Shown here in pieces: positions 11,786-23,218 of a DNA stretch of 64,000 nucleotides. The stretch is from Tubulanus polymorphus. Taxonomy: Eukaryota > Animalia > Nemertea. The notes under the pieces are model-generated. The model did not search any database and was not told the origin of the DNA. It saw nothing but the letters and a program-made list of their open reading frames with translations. A program made the position numbers and the translations under genes. Positions within the stretch are counted from its first letter, which is position 1. Each line of letters opens with the position of its first letter. The stretch covers positions 10,076,451 through 10,140,450 of the forward strand of contig NC_134035.1 in NCBI RefSeq assembly GCF_964204645.1, read 5' to 3'.

Positions 11786-11920
11786 TTTACCACTACAATG
11801 TTATAACTGTACTCACGACAAATCAGTTGTTGAAAATGGCTCATCAATATCAGAGTCACTTGTCTGTGGAAACCAGCTATGCAGCCCTATTGAGTATTTG
11901 GGGGACAAGGTCCGTGCGGT
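11786..11920. repeat. ~135-bp element, also present at 53109-53243
   Basis: Near-identical direct copies sharing ATGGCTCATCAATATCAGAGTCACTTGTCTGTGGAAACCAGCTATGCAGCCCTATTGAGTATTTGGGGGA. Confidence 0.9.
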
Positions 11921-12343
11921 TCTACAGTATCCGAGATCCTAGAAGAAAAAGGTAATATATAGGATACTGTAGTATCTCCATGATTTTCTACCAGGGCCCC
12001 TCATCATAGTCATCATAGTGACTAGCTTTAATCAGCTTCCAACAGTAGACTAAGGTCCGTGCAGCCCTACCGGATATTTGGGGACACATGAAAGTCACCG
12101 GAAAACATCAACTATATTTTTGAAACACTATATTTTTGGGTCATCTTAAAATTTTGAGCGGCGGGGAGCGCTCCCCCTGCTCCCCTCGAATCCGCCCCTG
12201 AAACGCGTAAAACACTAAACGCCATCAATTAGTTCTTGTGGTGGCCTAGCAGTAGGTGGATACGTTCTGTGGATATATCCACGATTAACCAGGAAGTAAT
12301 ACAGGCTGCGGCTAAGAAAATAAAATGGAATAGAAATACACGG

Positions 12344-13294
12344 TTATTTGACTGAATTTCTGCAACGGATTTTTGTACAGAAATATTCACGAATTTCTCG
12401 TCCCAGTAAAAGATATATGTAAAAATTGACCACATAATTACACTGTTGGAACTGAGTGAAAATAGCAAATAGAGAATCTTTCTGTTCCGTAGAGATTGGA
12501 GCGTACACAATAATAGTATTTGGAAGTGTAAATATTGCAAATGCGAGTGAAACTGTTACAAGCGTTATTGTTGTTCGTATAGATTTTGTAGTTTTCTTAT
12601 CAGACGAGACCATCTTTGAGCCTCTGAATAACTGAAATATTATAACTGAATTCGATGTAATAATCAATGTTAAAGGTAGAACGTAGAGGATGAACATAAT
12701 TTTCATAAAAAACGTTAAACGGTCTATTGCTTTATAATAACATCCAAAAACCTTGTCGGAAAAATACATCGACAAAGTAGGTAGAAAATAAAGAATCAGT
12801 GCATTAACTGCGGTTATTATCAACATAGTGAATCGAGCGAATCTAGGAGTACATATCAAACGAGATGTGAACGGGAAGAGAACAACTGCCGCTCGCTCTA
12901 GAGATATAGCTACTATTAACCAGGAACTATTACAGGCTGCAAGTACTACTACGAATTCATAGATTTGACAACCGATCAGCGAATTCATTATAAATATTGG
13001 ATCAGTGGCTATGTGCAACAGAACAAACTGTAAAACAGGCATCAAACATAGATTGATGCAGAACAATAAATCACTGACCGATAAAACGATAAGATAGTTA
13101 GCGTATGATAAACTCCTGAATCTGCGACTTATCGTTATCAGGAAAGTAGCTGAATTTCCAAAGGCTCCAAGAAGGAACAAGATAGTTAGAATGGCCGTTA
13201 ATAGCGTACGGTAGCTACCAGACCGGTTTGCTATAGACATCATGACCATGTAACTGTGAAAACTTCGGGCAATTTGCATCTGAGTAAGATTCAT
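12344..13294 (-). CDS. Intronless class A orphan GPCR, copy 2 (316 aa)
   Basis: Close paralog of copy 1 with an intact 7TM. The upstream N-terminal extension is disrupted by an in-frame TGA, a 33-bp duplication and a 2-bp insertion, so the ORF begins at MNLTQ. Confidence 0.88.
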   Translation of the reverse strand: MNLTQMQIARSFHSYMVMMSIANRSGSYRTLLTAILTILFLLGAFGNSATFLITISRRFRSLSYANYLIVLSVSDLLFCINLCLMPVLQFVLLHIATDPIFIMNSLIGCQIYEFVVVLAACNSSWLIVAISLERAAVVLFPFTSRLICTPRFARFTMLIITAVNALILYFLPTLSMYFSDKVFGCYYKAIDRLTFFMKIMFILYVLPLTLIITSNSVIIFQLFRGSKMVSSDKKTTKSIRTTITLVTVSLAFAIFTLPNTIIVYAPISTEQKDSLFAIFTQFQQCNYVVNFYIYLLLGREIREYFCTKIRCRNSVK

Positions 13295-14149
13295 GATTCA
13301 CGGGTTGAAGAACTGAGTAAGATTCATGATTCACGGGTTGAAGAACTGCTGTCTTAGAGAGAACGGAGGCTTCCAGACCGGTTTGTTATAGACGTGATGA
13401 CCAGCATGTAACTGTGATAACTTCGAGCCATTTGCATCTGAGTATTCACGAGATGAAAGAACTCCGTGTTAGTATTGGGAAATGAATTTACTACATTTCG
13501 GTATTTCATTCGTCATTCGATATTAATGTTAATACGATGAAATTATCAGAAGAAAATGAAAACCAATTTTCTACGGTACAGATTTAACTCGATTCGCTCA
13601 GATTTATGAAAGTCTATTATATGTGAAGAATAGTATGAAATAATGTAGACTAGCTAAATTGAATATAATTTTCGAACGCAGCAAGCTATCTGTGGTGATA
13701 TATCTTCTATGTTTTTTAAGCTTATTGAATTAAATTTCTACAGTAGAACTAGAACTGAGGTTGTCATCAAACACGTAAATATCCGTTCATGGAAATAAGA
13801 CTTTGAGAAAGGGATCAAAAAATTGTTCAAGAAAACCGTAAATTCTAAGTGGGTATCCTGGATTAGGTTTGAACTCTTACAGGCTATCGAATTTAGGTAA
13901 AAACGCGGAAGTAAAGTGAAAAATGGAAATCTAAGACCCATGGTAGCCTCAACTATATATAGACGTACTCGGAAGGGTAGAGACTGATCAACCGGTTTCC
14001 ACGTGGTTTCGTGAAGGGACATTATTTACACCGATTTTGCCAAAGCCTTCGACCGAGTACCGGTACCACACCGACGGTTATAGCTGTAGCATATATTCGA
14101 TGAAGTATTTGTATATTGGTCAAAAACTTTCTATCAGGTATCAAATATT

Positions 14150-14660
14150 TCGAACCCGGGACACCCCTGTCCATCCTCTATGCCATCAGGACCACCCTGA
14201 ATCAGACTGGGTGCGAACCCGGGACACCCCAGTATATCTTCTATTCAACCACTCTGAATCAGTATCAGTAATTACTGGGTTCGAACCCGGGATACCTCAG
14301 TACATCATTTATTCAGCATCAGTAATTACTAGGTTCGAACCCGGGACACCCCTGTACATCCTCTATGCAGCATCAGGACCACTCTGAATCATTGTCAGTA
14401 ATGACTGGGTGCGAACCCGGGACACCCCAGTACATCTTCTATTCGACCACTCTGAATCAGTATCAGTAATTACTGGGTTCGAACCCGGTATACCTCAGTA
14501 CATCATTTATTCAGCATCAGTAATTACTGGGTTCGAACCCGGGACACCCCTGCACATCCTTTATTCAGCATCATGACCACACTGAATCAGTATTAAAAAA
14601 TAGTGGGTTCGACCCGGGACAACCCTGCACATGCTCTATTCACCATTTGGACCACTCTGA
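14150..14660. repeat. Small array (~7 monomers) of the 76-bp B-box satellite
   Basis: Same monomer (GGGTTCGAACCCGGGACACCCCTGTACATCCTCTA...) as the 35.6-49.7 kb array. It starts right at the end of the segmental duplication. Confidence 0.92.
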
Positions 14661-14807
14661 TTCAAATCATCCTATATTTAGACTGGTCGCCTGTCCAATT
14701 CTGCGCCACCTGCATTCGCAGTCCCGTCCGCCATCTTCCGTGGAATATACGGATCCAATCAGATTTCAGTATTTCATCACGTGAACAATGTAACATGGCC
14801 GCCTCCA

Positions 14808-15560
14808 GAGCGTCTCGATTTGCATTCCATGGACCTCTTAAAAGTCGATTTTTACATCAATGGAAGAAAGAAACTCGACGAAAACTATCAGGTAACGCTT
14901 ACTGCGTGTGGCATCGAAGATATCGACATACAAGGCAGTATGTCTCCGTTACAGCACCATCAAAACCTACCCTACTCAAAGGAACGGTCAATCGACAAAA
15001 TACCGACGAACTTTGTCATTGTCTTGAGATGGAAAACTGACTGACTTTCTGAACTGAACCAGCCATGCAGCAGAGGCCACGACACCGGCAATTTGTTTGT
15101 TCACTTTAGATGACTGATTGATTATGCTGTGAATGTGACACTAGATATTAGCAGTCAATTCAGTGTGGTGAAAATATTAGCCTATATATACGACAGCCTG
15201 TAACTTTCACTTACTTCACTTCAATAATCAATGTCTTTTAAAACTTGTGATCAATAAATGAATACTTATTTACAAATATTCTGTGATTGTCTATTGTAGG
15301 TCATTGTGTGTGTTCTGATGTTGATTTTCTGAAATACAACTCAGGTTTTCTTAAGAATTAGAAGTTATACGTATTAAATTGAATGAGCTCAACATGCACA
15401 GAATTGTTGTTGTATCATGGTAAGTTTGAAAAACGGATAAAAACATGAATTGAAAAGTCAATCCAGGTTTAATTGTTAGTATATGTATTGTAAAGCCTAT
15501 CGGTTTAATTTCAGAAAGTAACCTCAATCACGAATCAAAGAGATTAACGAATCCGGCATT
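14808..15560 (+). pseudogene. Relic of an unidentified coding sequence plus 3' UTR-like tail; second copy at 33515-34238
   Basis: ~750-bp direct dispersed duplication. Differences between copies in the first ~180 bp are largely synonymous in one frame. AATAAA at ~15253. Confidence 0.55.
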
Positions 15561-15651
15561 ATTTAACCTTTAATATTTGCTTTAACCCTAACCCTATCAC
15601 TTAACCTCTGTATACTAACGGATCTGTTTGTATTTGTTGATTTATCTGTAG

Positions 15652-17574
15652 GTGGCGCCCTTGTCATCGAATCGCGCCTGTTTTCGAAGGATACGCCGCC
15701 AAATATTCTAATGCTGTTTTTTCTAAAAGTCGACGTCGATGAATTGACCGTAAGTCCTAGTGAGATGAGTTCGACCGTACTTTAAGCGTCCAAAAACCCG
15801 TCGTATTTTGCTTTAATGATTTATTCGTCGGTTTTTTAGGAAGTGATGAATCGTTACAATATCGCAGCGATGCTGACCTTCACCTTCTTCAAAAACAAGG
15901 TCAAAGTCCAAAGGAAACATCAAAAAGCATTATCAAGAGCCAGGTGTAAGTGATGAAACAGTCAAAGTTAAAGGCCACGTAAGTTTGTAAAATACAGTAG
16001 ACTCTGTCTCTTACTGCGGTTAAGTTGAGACTGGTAAAATTCTACCCCGAGTTGGTGTCAAAAACTAAGATAAGAGTTCGTGAAATACAGTAGACTCTGT
16101 CTCATTCCTCAACTGTTAACTGATAGGCCGATTATGAATTTTTAAGATTGAACTCATGAATATTCAAACAGACCTCATAAATATTGAAATGAACCTCATG
16201 AATATTTACAGATTGCTAAGATGATACAGATGAACGGTTCGGAATGTTTAAACGAATCGAACAATCACAAGTTGAAAGACGCTCTCTCTCCTAAAGGCGG
16301 ATATTTACAATCGGACTGCGACGAACAGTTGATAATTTCCCTCGAATTCTCACAACCTGTTAAACTACATTTGTTAAAGATGTACGCCCCAGACGGTAAG
16401 AGACTCCAGCATCCCTACGACTCCTTGATTCCTTTAAACAGGGTCCCCATATCTCGTTGATTCCTTCAAAACTCCTTTTAAACTGAAAAAGCTGTTAAAA
16501 GGTGCTTGAAACTCCTTCAATTTTGAGAAATAGTCAATTAGAAATTTTTGTAGTTGTACATTAGACTATGCCTAAATCTGTTAAGTTGGGACCAGGATTT
16601 TTCATTACCCAATTACTGGGTAGGCCAGATACTATAAGTTCTAGTAATACAGTAAGTTTTAAACGTTTGCCCCTCCCCCATTGTCTCTCCCTGAGTCTCC
16701 CCATCTCTCTCTCCATGAGTCTCTTTCATCTTGTTTCTTTTTGATCGCAGATTGACCCCAGACAATGTAAAAGAAGGAACTTTAATACCGCTACGATACG
16801 TCAAATTCCAAAATGTTTCCAGCCTTTCGGTTAGAATGAAAATCATTTCATATTTCAACAGTTAAAACAGTTACAGTTCAAATTCGAAAAAAATAGATGC
16901 GGTTGCTGCGGCAACGCAAATGATGATAACAATGATGATGATGATGATTATTTAACCGAGGAGGAAGAACCTGAATTTATTAAAACGCATTTTCAAATGA
17001 TTTTAATGAGGTTTAATATTGAATTTATACAAACGAGTTTCTTAGGTCATTATTTCTCCCTGCCCTAGTAGAGTTCATACACAAATTTCTGAAAGGGTTG
17101 ATTTATGAGGATATTTGGTGGATGTTAGGCTCCCCCTTCCTTCTCCATTCAGATAAGATATTTTTGAAATTTACATTTTTCTAATGGACACGTTTTGTAA
17201 AATTTGGTGATTGTTTATTTCACGTATGTTTAGATATTTCAGTGACGGATTTTTTTGGAATTTCAACCTGAATTGAGACAAAGAATTCTGAGATGTTTTC
17301 ACCATCTGTAGAACTCTGTTTGCAGTGGAACCTCGTTTTAACAATTTATCAGTTATTACAAAACTAGAATTTCATTTTATTTCCATACTTGATATAACGA
17401 ATTATAACTAACAGATTTTCTGGTGCCCTGAATTTCGTTGCAACAAGGTTCCGCTGTATAATTTTCAAAATTCAAAGAATGTTTTACAGACTTTTCGACA
17501 TCAATAATTAAGCACTAAGAAATACTTTCTTTTTATTATTTCAGGTGGCGGGAAAGAAAGGCAAGAGTCATTGA
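15652..17574 (+). pseudogene. TXNL1: Unprocessed thioredoxin-like protein 1 (Trx + PITH domain) pseudogene
   Basis: GT-AG bounded exons: 15652-15749 (RPCHRIAPVF...LKVDVD; +1 frameshift; CGPC reads WRPC), 15840-15978 (NIAAMLTFTFFKNKVKV...IKKHY; internal deletion), 16212-16395 (ECLNES...LQSDCDEQLIISLEFSQPVKLH), 16751-16829 (LIPLRYVKFQNVSSLS) and 17545-17574 (VAGKKGKSH*). AATAAA at 17727. Exon 1 and two internal PITH segments were not found. Confidence 0.9.
17323..17456. mobile_element. Tc1/mariner (pogo/Tigger-type) MITE in a TXNL1 intron
   Basis: Termini CAGTGGAACCTCGTT ... AACAAGGTTCCGCTG, followed by TA. Confidence 0.7.
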
Positions 17575-19039
17575 TGGCGAAGGCCAATATCGAACGTACA
17601 TTATTTCACCAAGAAACAAAGATTTGGAACTTAAGGGATTAATTTCACCAGAGACACATTACATCAGCGAGCGTATGAATTTGCATGAGGCAAATTGAAA
17701 ATTTCCACTTTTATCGCATTGTGATTAATAAACTCAATATTATTATTATCATTTACTGAATGGTTTTTCTTTTGAGTTTATTTTTCTTCTATCAGAGGAC
17801 CGGCATCAATGATGACATGATTTTTGTAGGCTTAAGCAAAATTTAACACTTAATGCGGAAAATTGGCAGGTGGCATTTTTTCACTTAGTGAATTGCATCA
17901 ATGCCTAATCATGACTTGTCTGACTTATCACAACTAGTATCCTCATGGACAGACTGACCCTGTACGCATGATTTGATACCGCCATACTCTTTGACCAAAA
18001 TCAAAAATGGGATAAGAGTAAATTGGAACAAGAAACCAAATTCTAATATGGACTTTCCTAACTTTACATGATGATGTACTGTTTAATCCAGTATCAAATT
18101 TAAAGAAAATTTGTTTTTTTCAAATTATGAGTGAAGTTTTTGACAGAATTTCAGAGGATCGGTGCTCCAAGTAATTAAAAAAGCCTAATATGTCTCCCCT
18201 GAATTGAATCAAGGAGTTTTTCTTATGAAAATCTGTCTATTGACGGATTCTGTGATAACAGTATGAATGATGATTAATCATGAATACATGGTATTAGTGG
18301 GTTTCCCCCAATGACTCAAATAGACCGCTTTCCTCGTGCATGGTGTGAGTTAGTTATCTCGGGATGCGTGAAATGTCCTTACGTAGTTGTGACTAATAAA
18401 CTAATTTCATTAGAAAATGTTTACGCGGTTACTATGATATGAAGACCTGTGTTGGTGTGAATCTTTAACTTAAGTGCTATCGGTCGGTATAATTTATAAA
18501 TTATTCTAGAATTTAAGAAAAAAAACAGGCGGTGGCTTATAAACTGATAAATTTTGAAGTAAGTAGCTGTTGGGAATCAAGTAATTTATTTCATGGCCTT
18601 ATTAAAGTTCCTCCACTATATTGTTCAGCTGACTACCGGCGCGTATTCAACCCGGCAGTGGAACCTTTCATAATGTAAACCCATTCAACAATAGAGACAC
18701 AATTGCGGTTTTCAGAGTTGTTGATATCATTTATACGCGCTATTGAATACGTCACCGGCTGACCACGGTGTACACAAGCATAGGCCATTCACCTCAGCTT
18801 ACTCACACTGTGAACATGCTACCACGGATTCTCCTGGCGATATTCACTGCGCTCCCGCTCATGCTCCTGTTCCTGCTTCCGGAGGAACGACGTCTTTATG
18901 TTTTATGTGTTACTGTTCGTCTCCGTACTGTCCTGTACTGTTCCGTGTTTATTAATCCGTTCTATTTTTCAGGGTCTAATCCGTTTTATTTTTCAGGGCC
19001 GATTTCTCTGTCGAATTTCAACGTTTGCTGGAACAAAAC

Positions 19040-19215
19040 TAATGTCCGAAAGCGTCGGCTCCCCTTCGCCGGTCACGTGTCGAGGATGTCAGACAAAGAG
19101 TCGGTCAGGAAATGACTGCCCTCTACACGCCCTCATACGGAACACGAAAACCTGGATGACTAGGCCTCACTCTCCCCACGTATCAACAGAGTGTACTTAG
19201 TGACATCAATGACGG
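19040..19215 (+). mobile_element. RTE-like LINE ORF C-terminal fragment
   Basis: Translates to NVRKRRLPFAGHVSRMSD...LYTPSYGTRKPG, matching the RRLxxAGHVxRM...G.RxxGRP tail of RTE-type elements. Frameshifted. Confidence 0.75.
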
Positions 19216-19929
19216 GTAAGTCAGTCGGATTGCACGGGTTAAAAGTGGAGTGGTAAAGCTGGACTGTCTACTAGTATTCATTGATTCCTTTTCAGGAATT
19301 GCTTCGGACAAAGATTTAGTCTTGTCTTCCTTTGCGTTCTAGCATTCATTGATTCCTTTTAAGGGATTGCTTCGGGCAGGGATTGATTTCCCTGTCTTCC
19401 TTTGCGTGCTAGGATTCATTTATTCACTCCCAAGATGAAGAAGAAGAAGATGCTGAAGGCGACTACAACGAAGATGATGCCGAAAAAAGAACACTGAACT
19501 CAGCAATATTGAAAGTTAAGTTGATACACATGTAAATTACGATGCGTGATACCGAAAGGATTGTGTAACTACAGAATATCATTCTTTTACTCATTTCAGG
19601 TTAATCCGGAAAGGCCCATCTAAAATCTGCCCACCAGAAGTGCCCACAAAAGACTCCACCTTGAAGTACCACCAAACACCGAAAGACCTGCGGCAACCGA
19701 ACCTGGCAGTCTTGACCTCATCCTGCATGGCAACAGGAATGCATACATACATAAAGCTAAGTTGATTTTTCATAGCTGGGGTAGAATGCATAGGCACTGG
19801 AGAGGATAGAGACGCTGGTCAAGCTCACCATCTCCGCACTACTTTATTGAAGCTCTGTGGCCGGTAGTAAATTGAAATATAGTTAGGCAATGATTGCTTG
19901 AATATTTACAATATTAGACGAAACGATTG

Positions 19930-22900
19930 AGTGAGGTCCCTTAAATATTCTTTGGTCTGATAATTAAAATGTAGATTGGTCAGTTATTAATTAAACGATT
20001 TTGTAAGTATGTACAATTAAGGTAAATTCAATATCTTATGTGACATTTGAAATTTTTCAAATGTACCGTATATATTTCAGGCCTCATATGACTATTGTTT
20101 AACTGACAATCAAGATATAGATAAGACAATTTACTAATTAACCAATCGCTTAGATATAAGCAATCATTCAATATCTTATAATGTTTGATGAAAAATTCTT
20201 CTGGTGTAGATATTTTAGGGCCCCATATACATTAAGGCTGGCTTTACTTGTTAAGATATATATGAATTAAACTTTATCGTCAGTTAATAGATTTTTTTAC
20301 AAATAATATATTGATACATATGTCATTTATATGTCATTTATAAACATTCAGGCACTTCACAGTATATATTATATTCTGCTTTACCCATTGCATTAATGAA
20401 TTTCTGGGGGAAAGATGTATAAAATAGTGTCTAGGGCGTATCGAGATCTGGTGTAATATACATGGGGAAAACTATGGACTGCGGGTCTTTTAGAAACTGT
20501 GATTAGGTCTCAGCACTTTGACAAATCTAGAATAAAACAAAGCTTTAATTGGTTCAAATCATTCCCGAAAGCCATACTCTGTGCCTTGTTTTGAGCTATG
20601 ATTATTGTTTAACTGACAATTATCATATATAGCTAGGAAAAATTGCTCATTAACCAATGGCTTAGATCCACAATTAAGATGGATTCAATATTTCTAAGAT
20701 CAAAAACTATTTATACTGTATGTAATAAAGGTCCATAATATAAATGTCGTAAAAATGAATCTTTAAATATAGCTGATAAATGTACGAGCACATCTGAATC
20801 AGTCTCATCGACTGATCAGTACTTCCATCTCCAACGTGCTGGTCATGTTCTTCACAATTGCAAAAATTTACCTAAACCTAACTGATTCATCTAAAAGCCA
20901 TACTGTGTGTCAAGTTACGCATAAAAGATATTGTTTAACTGACAATTAGAATCAAAGGTGAATAACTCATTAATGTATTACTATAAGATATCTATGATTT
21001 AGGTAAATTCAATATTTTATGTGAAATTGTTTTTAATTCAGGTCCATGGACATTTAAAATGTAGCTGATACATCTGTATCTGATCACATTTATTTATCTG
21101 TATCTAGTGAACCTATTGTGTCTTCATACAGCTGTATTAGTTTTGATGCATATTGCCAAAATCATTTAACGCAGATTTACTTCCGATCGAAGGGAGATAA
21201 AACAAATCTGTATGTGCACAAATACATTCCTGAACTTGGAAGGGAGAATATTTCAATTTCACTGTGTATGTCAGATTGAGAGCCTTATTCTGACAGGATA
21301 TCCTAAACTTAGGTCTTATTCCTCTTGCTAATAGCTCTCTTTTACTAACCCCTCTCCTTCAAACTATTTTCTAGCATCATGACTCGCACCGCACCAGGGA
21401 GGTCCGGTCATAACAAGGTCTTTCGGTCCTTATACACAGTGTACTACTATAAAAGGGAAATAAAGATTATATATTAATTCGGCTTTAAGGGAATTTCTAA
21501 TTACCACTTAAATGTGCTTTTATCTTAATTTCTAATGAATTCATAATAGTGATGAATTCACCACATCTGACATTCTACTCATGTAGATTTACAGGCTCCA
21601 TGTTCAACTGACTATTAAAATGTAGCTAGTATGATTACTAATTAACGGATCACTTAGATATCTAGAAGATTAATTAAAATTAATTCAATGTAATGAATAT
21701 AAGGGAAAATTAGTTAAAAAATAGTGCAGTGGATGAGATGACTGTATCTTGCAATGTCACCTGCGTCATAACTGGGCGACATGTGTGTGGAATCTGTTGA
21801 ATCAGTTAGGTTTTGGGGAATTCTGTATTCATCAAACTAGATATCAAAAGCTCTGATGCAAAATAAGCATTTTGAAATAGTGATCAATCGAAACCAGATC
21901 TGAAATTCTCGTCGTGTAGAAATATCAAGCCCCGTATGAAATATTGTAAGAGACAATTTTAAATTTTAGCTAGGAAATTAATTGAGTGATTAGGTATCTA
22001 AGATGAAGATTAATTTAGCATCTTCATATAAGGTAAAAGTGCTCAAATCTAAACCGTAGGGGTTGATAAGTAAACTGTATAATCTAATTGGTTGATATCT
22101 AAAGAAAACAGGGTGTGTTTAAACTCTGTCTCTTAGGCGTGGGATTTATTGAATCTTTTTAGGCTTTGCAGAATTCTGGATTTGTCAAGGCGTTGGAATG
22201 GTTCAAGGTTTCTTAAATCTGTAGAACCATGTTGTCCAGGATCAGTGTGCTCAATGCTGGCAGCGCACTAATCAGTCAGTTTAAACAACATGATTACAAG
22301 ATCATTGTATATATTAGGAGCAATATTTAGAGTTACTGAAATGGATTAGAATACCATTAACTGGATACATCTGTGGGTACTAGAAAACAGAAGTTTATTA
22401 ATTGACGATGGCGTTAATTTTATAATACAAACATAGTTTAGCTGACAATTGAAATGCATATAGGGAAACAGTACAAAAACAATTTGATCAGATTGATAAT
22501 GCATTACTAAATTTGTTGTAACTCTGGTATTCCTAGAGATGACCATAGATGCTTTAGTCGAATTGTTGTTAAACTACAATAATCAACCGTTGCTTAGATA
22601 TCTAGAATATAGATGAATTACGATACGAGTTGAATTTCATATAAATATCATTTAATAATTGACTATTATCAAAATCTACCTACCAGTCCACATTGCTGAT
22701 CTTGACACATTAATTATGATCAGTGATATTCGAAAGGATTTTCTGCTCACAAGATTCTGCTCTTTTTTCAGCTATACTACTAATCAGCTAGTCATAAAAT
22801 GTACAAAATGAACTTCAACCTTGTAATATAGATATTCCAAATCTCGATGTATTAAAATAGGCAGTCAACTTAATTGACCCCAATCAGTCGCTTGCCGGTT
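19930..22900. repeat. Ancient decayed array of a ~100-150-bp motif
   Basis: Recurrent TTGTTTAACTGACAATT...TTAACC...CTTAGATATCT...ATTCAAT at ~19957, 20095, 20605, 20931, 21601, 21943 and 22434/22581. Confidence 0.65.
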
Positions 22901-23218
22901 CAGACTGGTTGGAAGATTCATTGAATGAACCGGAACCGAATTTCCCAATTATGTGCTCGGATTTAAAGAAAAAGAAATTTATGTAAAATCGACCGCCGAT
23001 CACACAACTATATCTGTACTTCGATTTTCGATTTTGAAAAAACTTAAAACTACAAAAAAATTAAATATTAGACAAAATTACGACCTTGTAAACTTTCGGA
23101 CTATTTACATGAAAAAAATACCAAAGAAATGTAAACATTAGACAAAATTATCTTAAACCTTGTAAACTTTCGGACTAGTTACACGAAAAAAAGAGCAAAG
23201 AAATGTAAAATTAGACAA

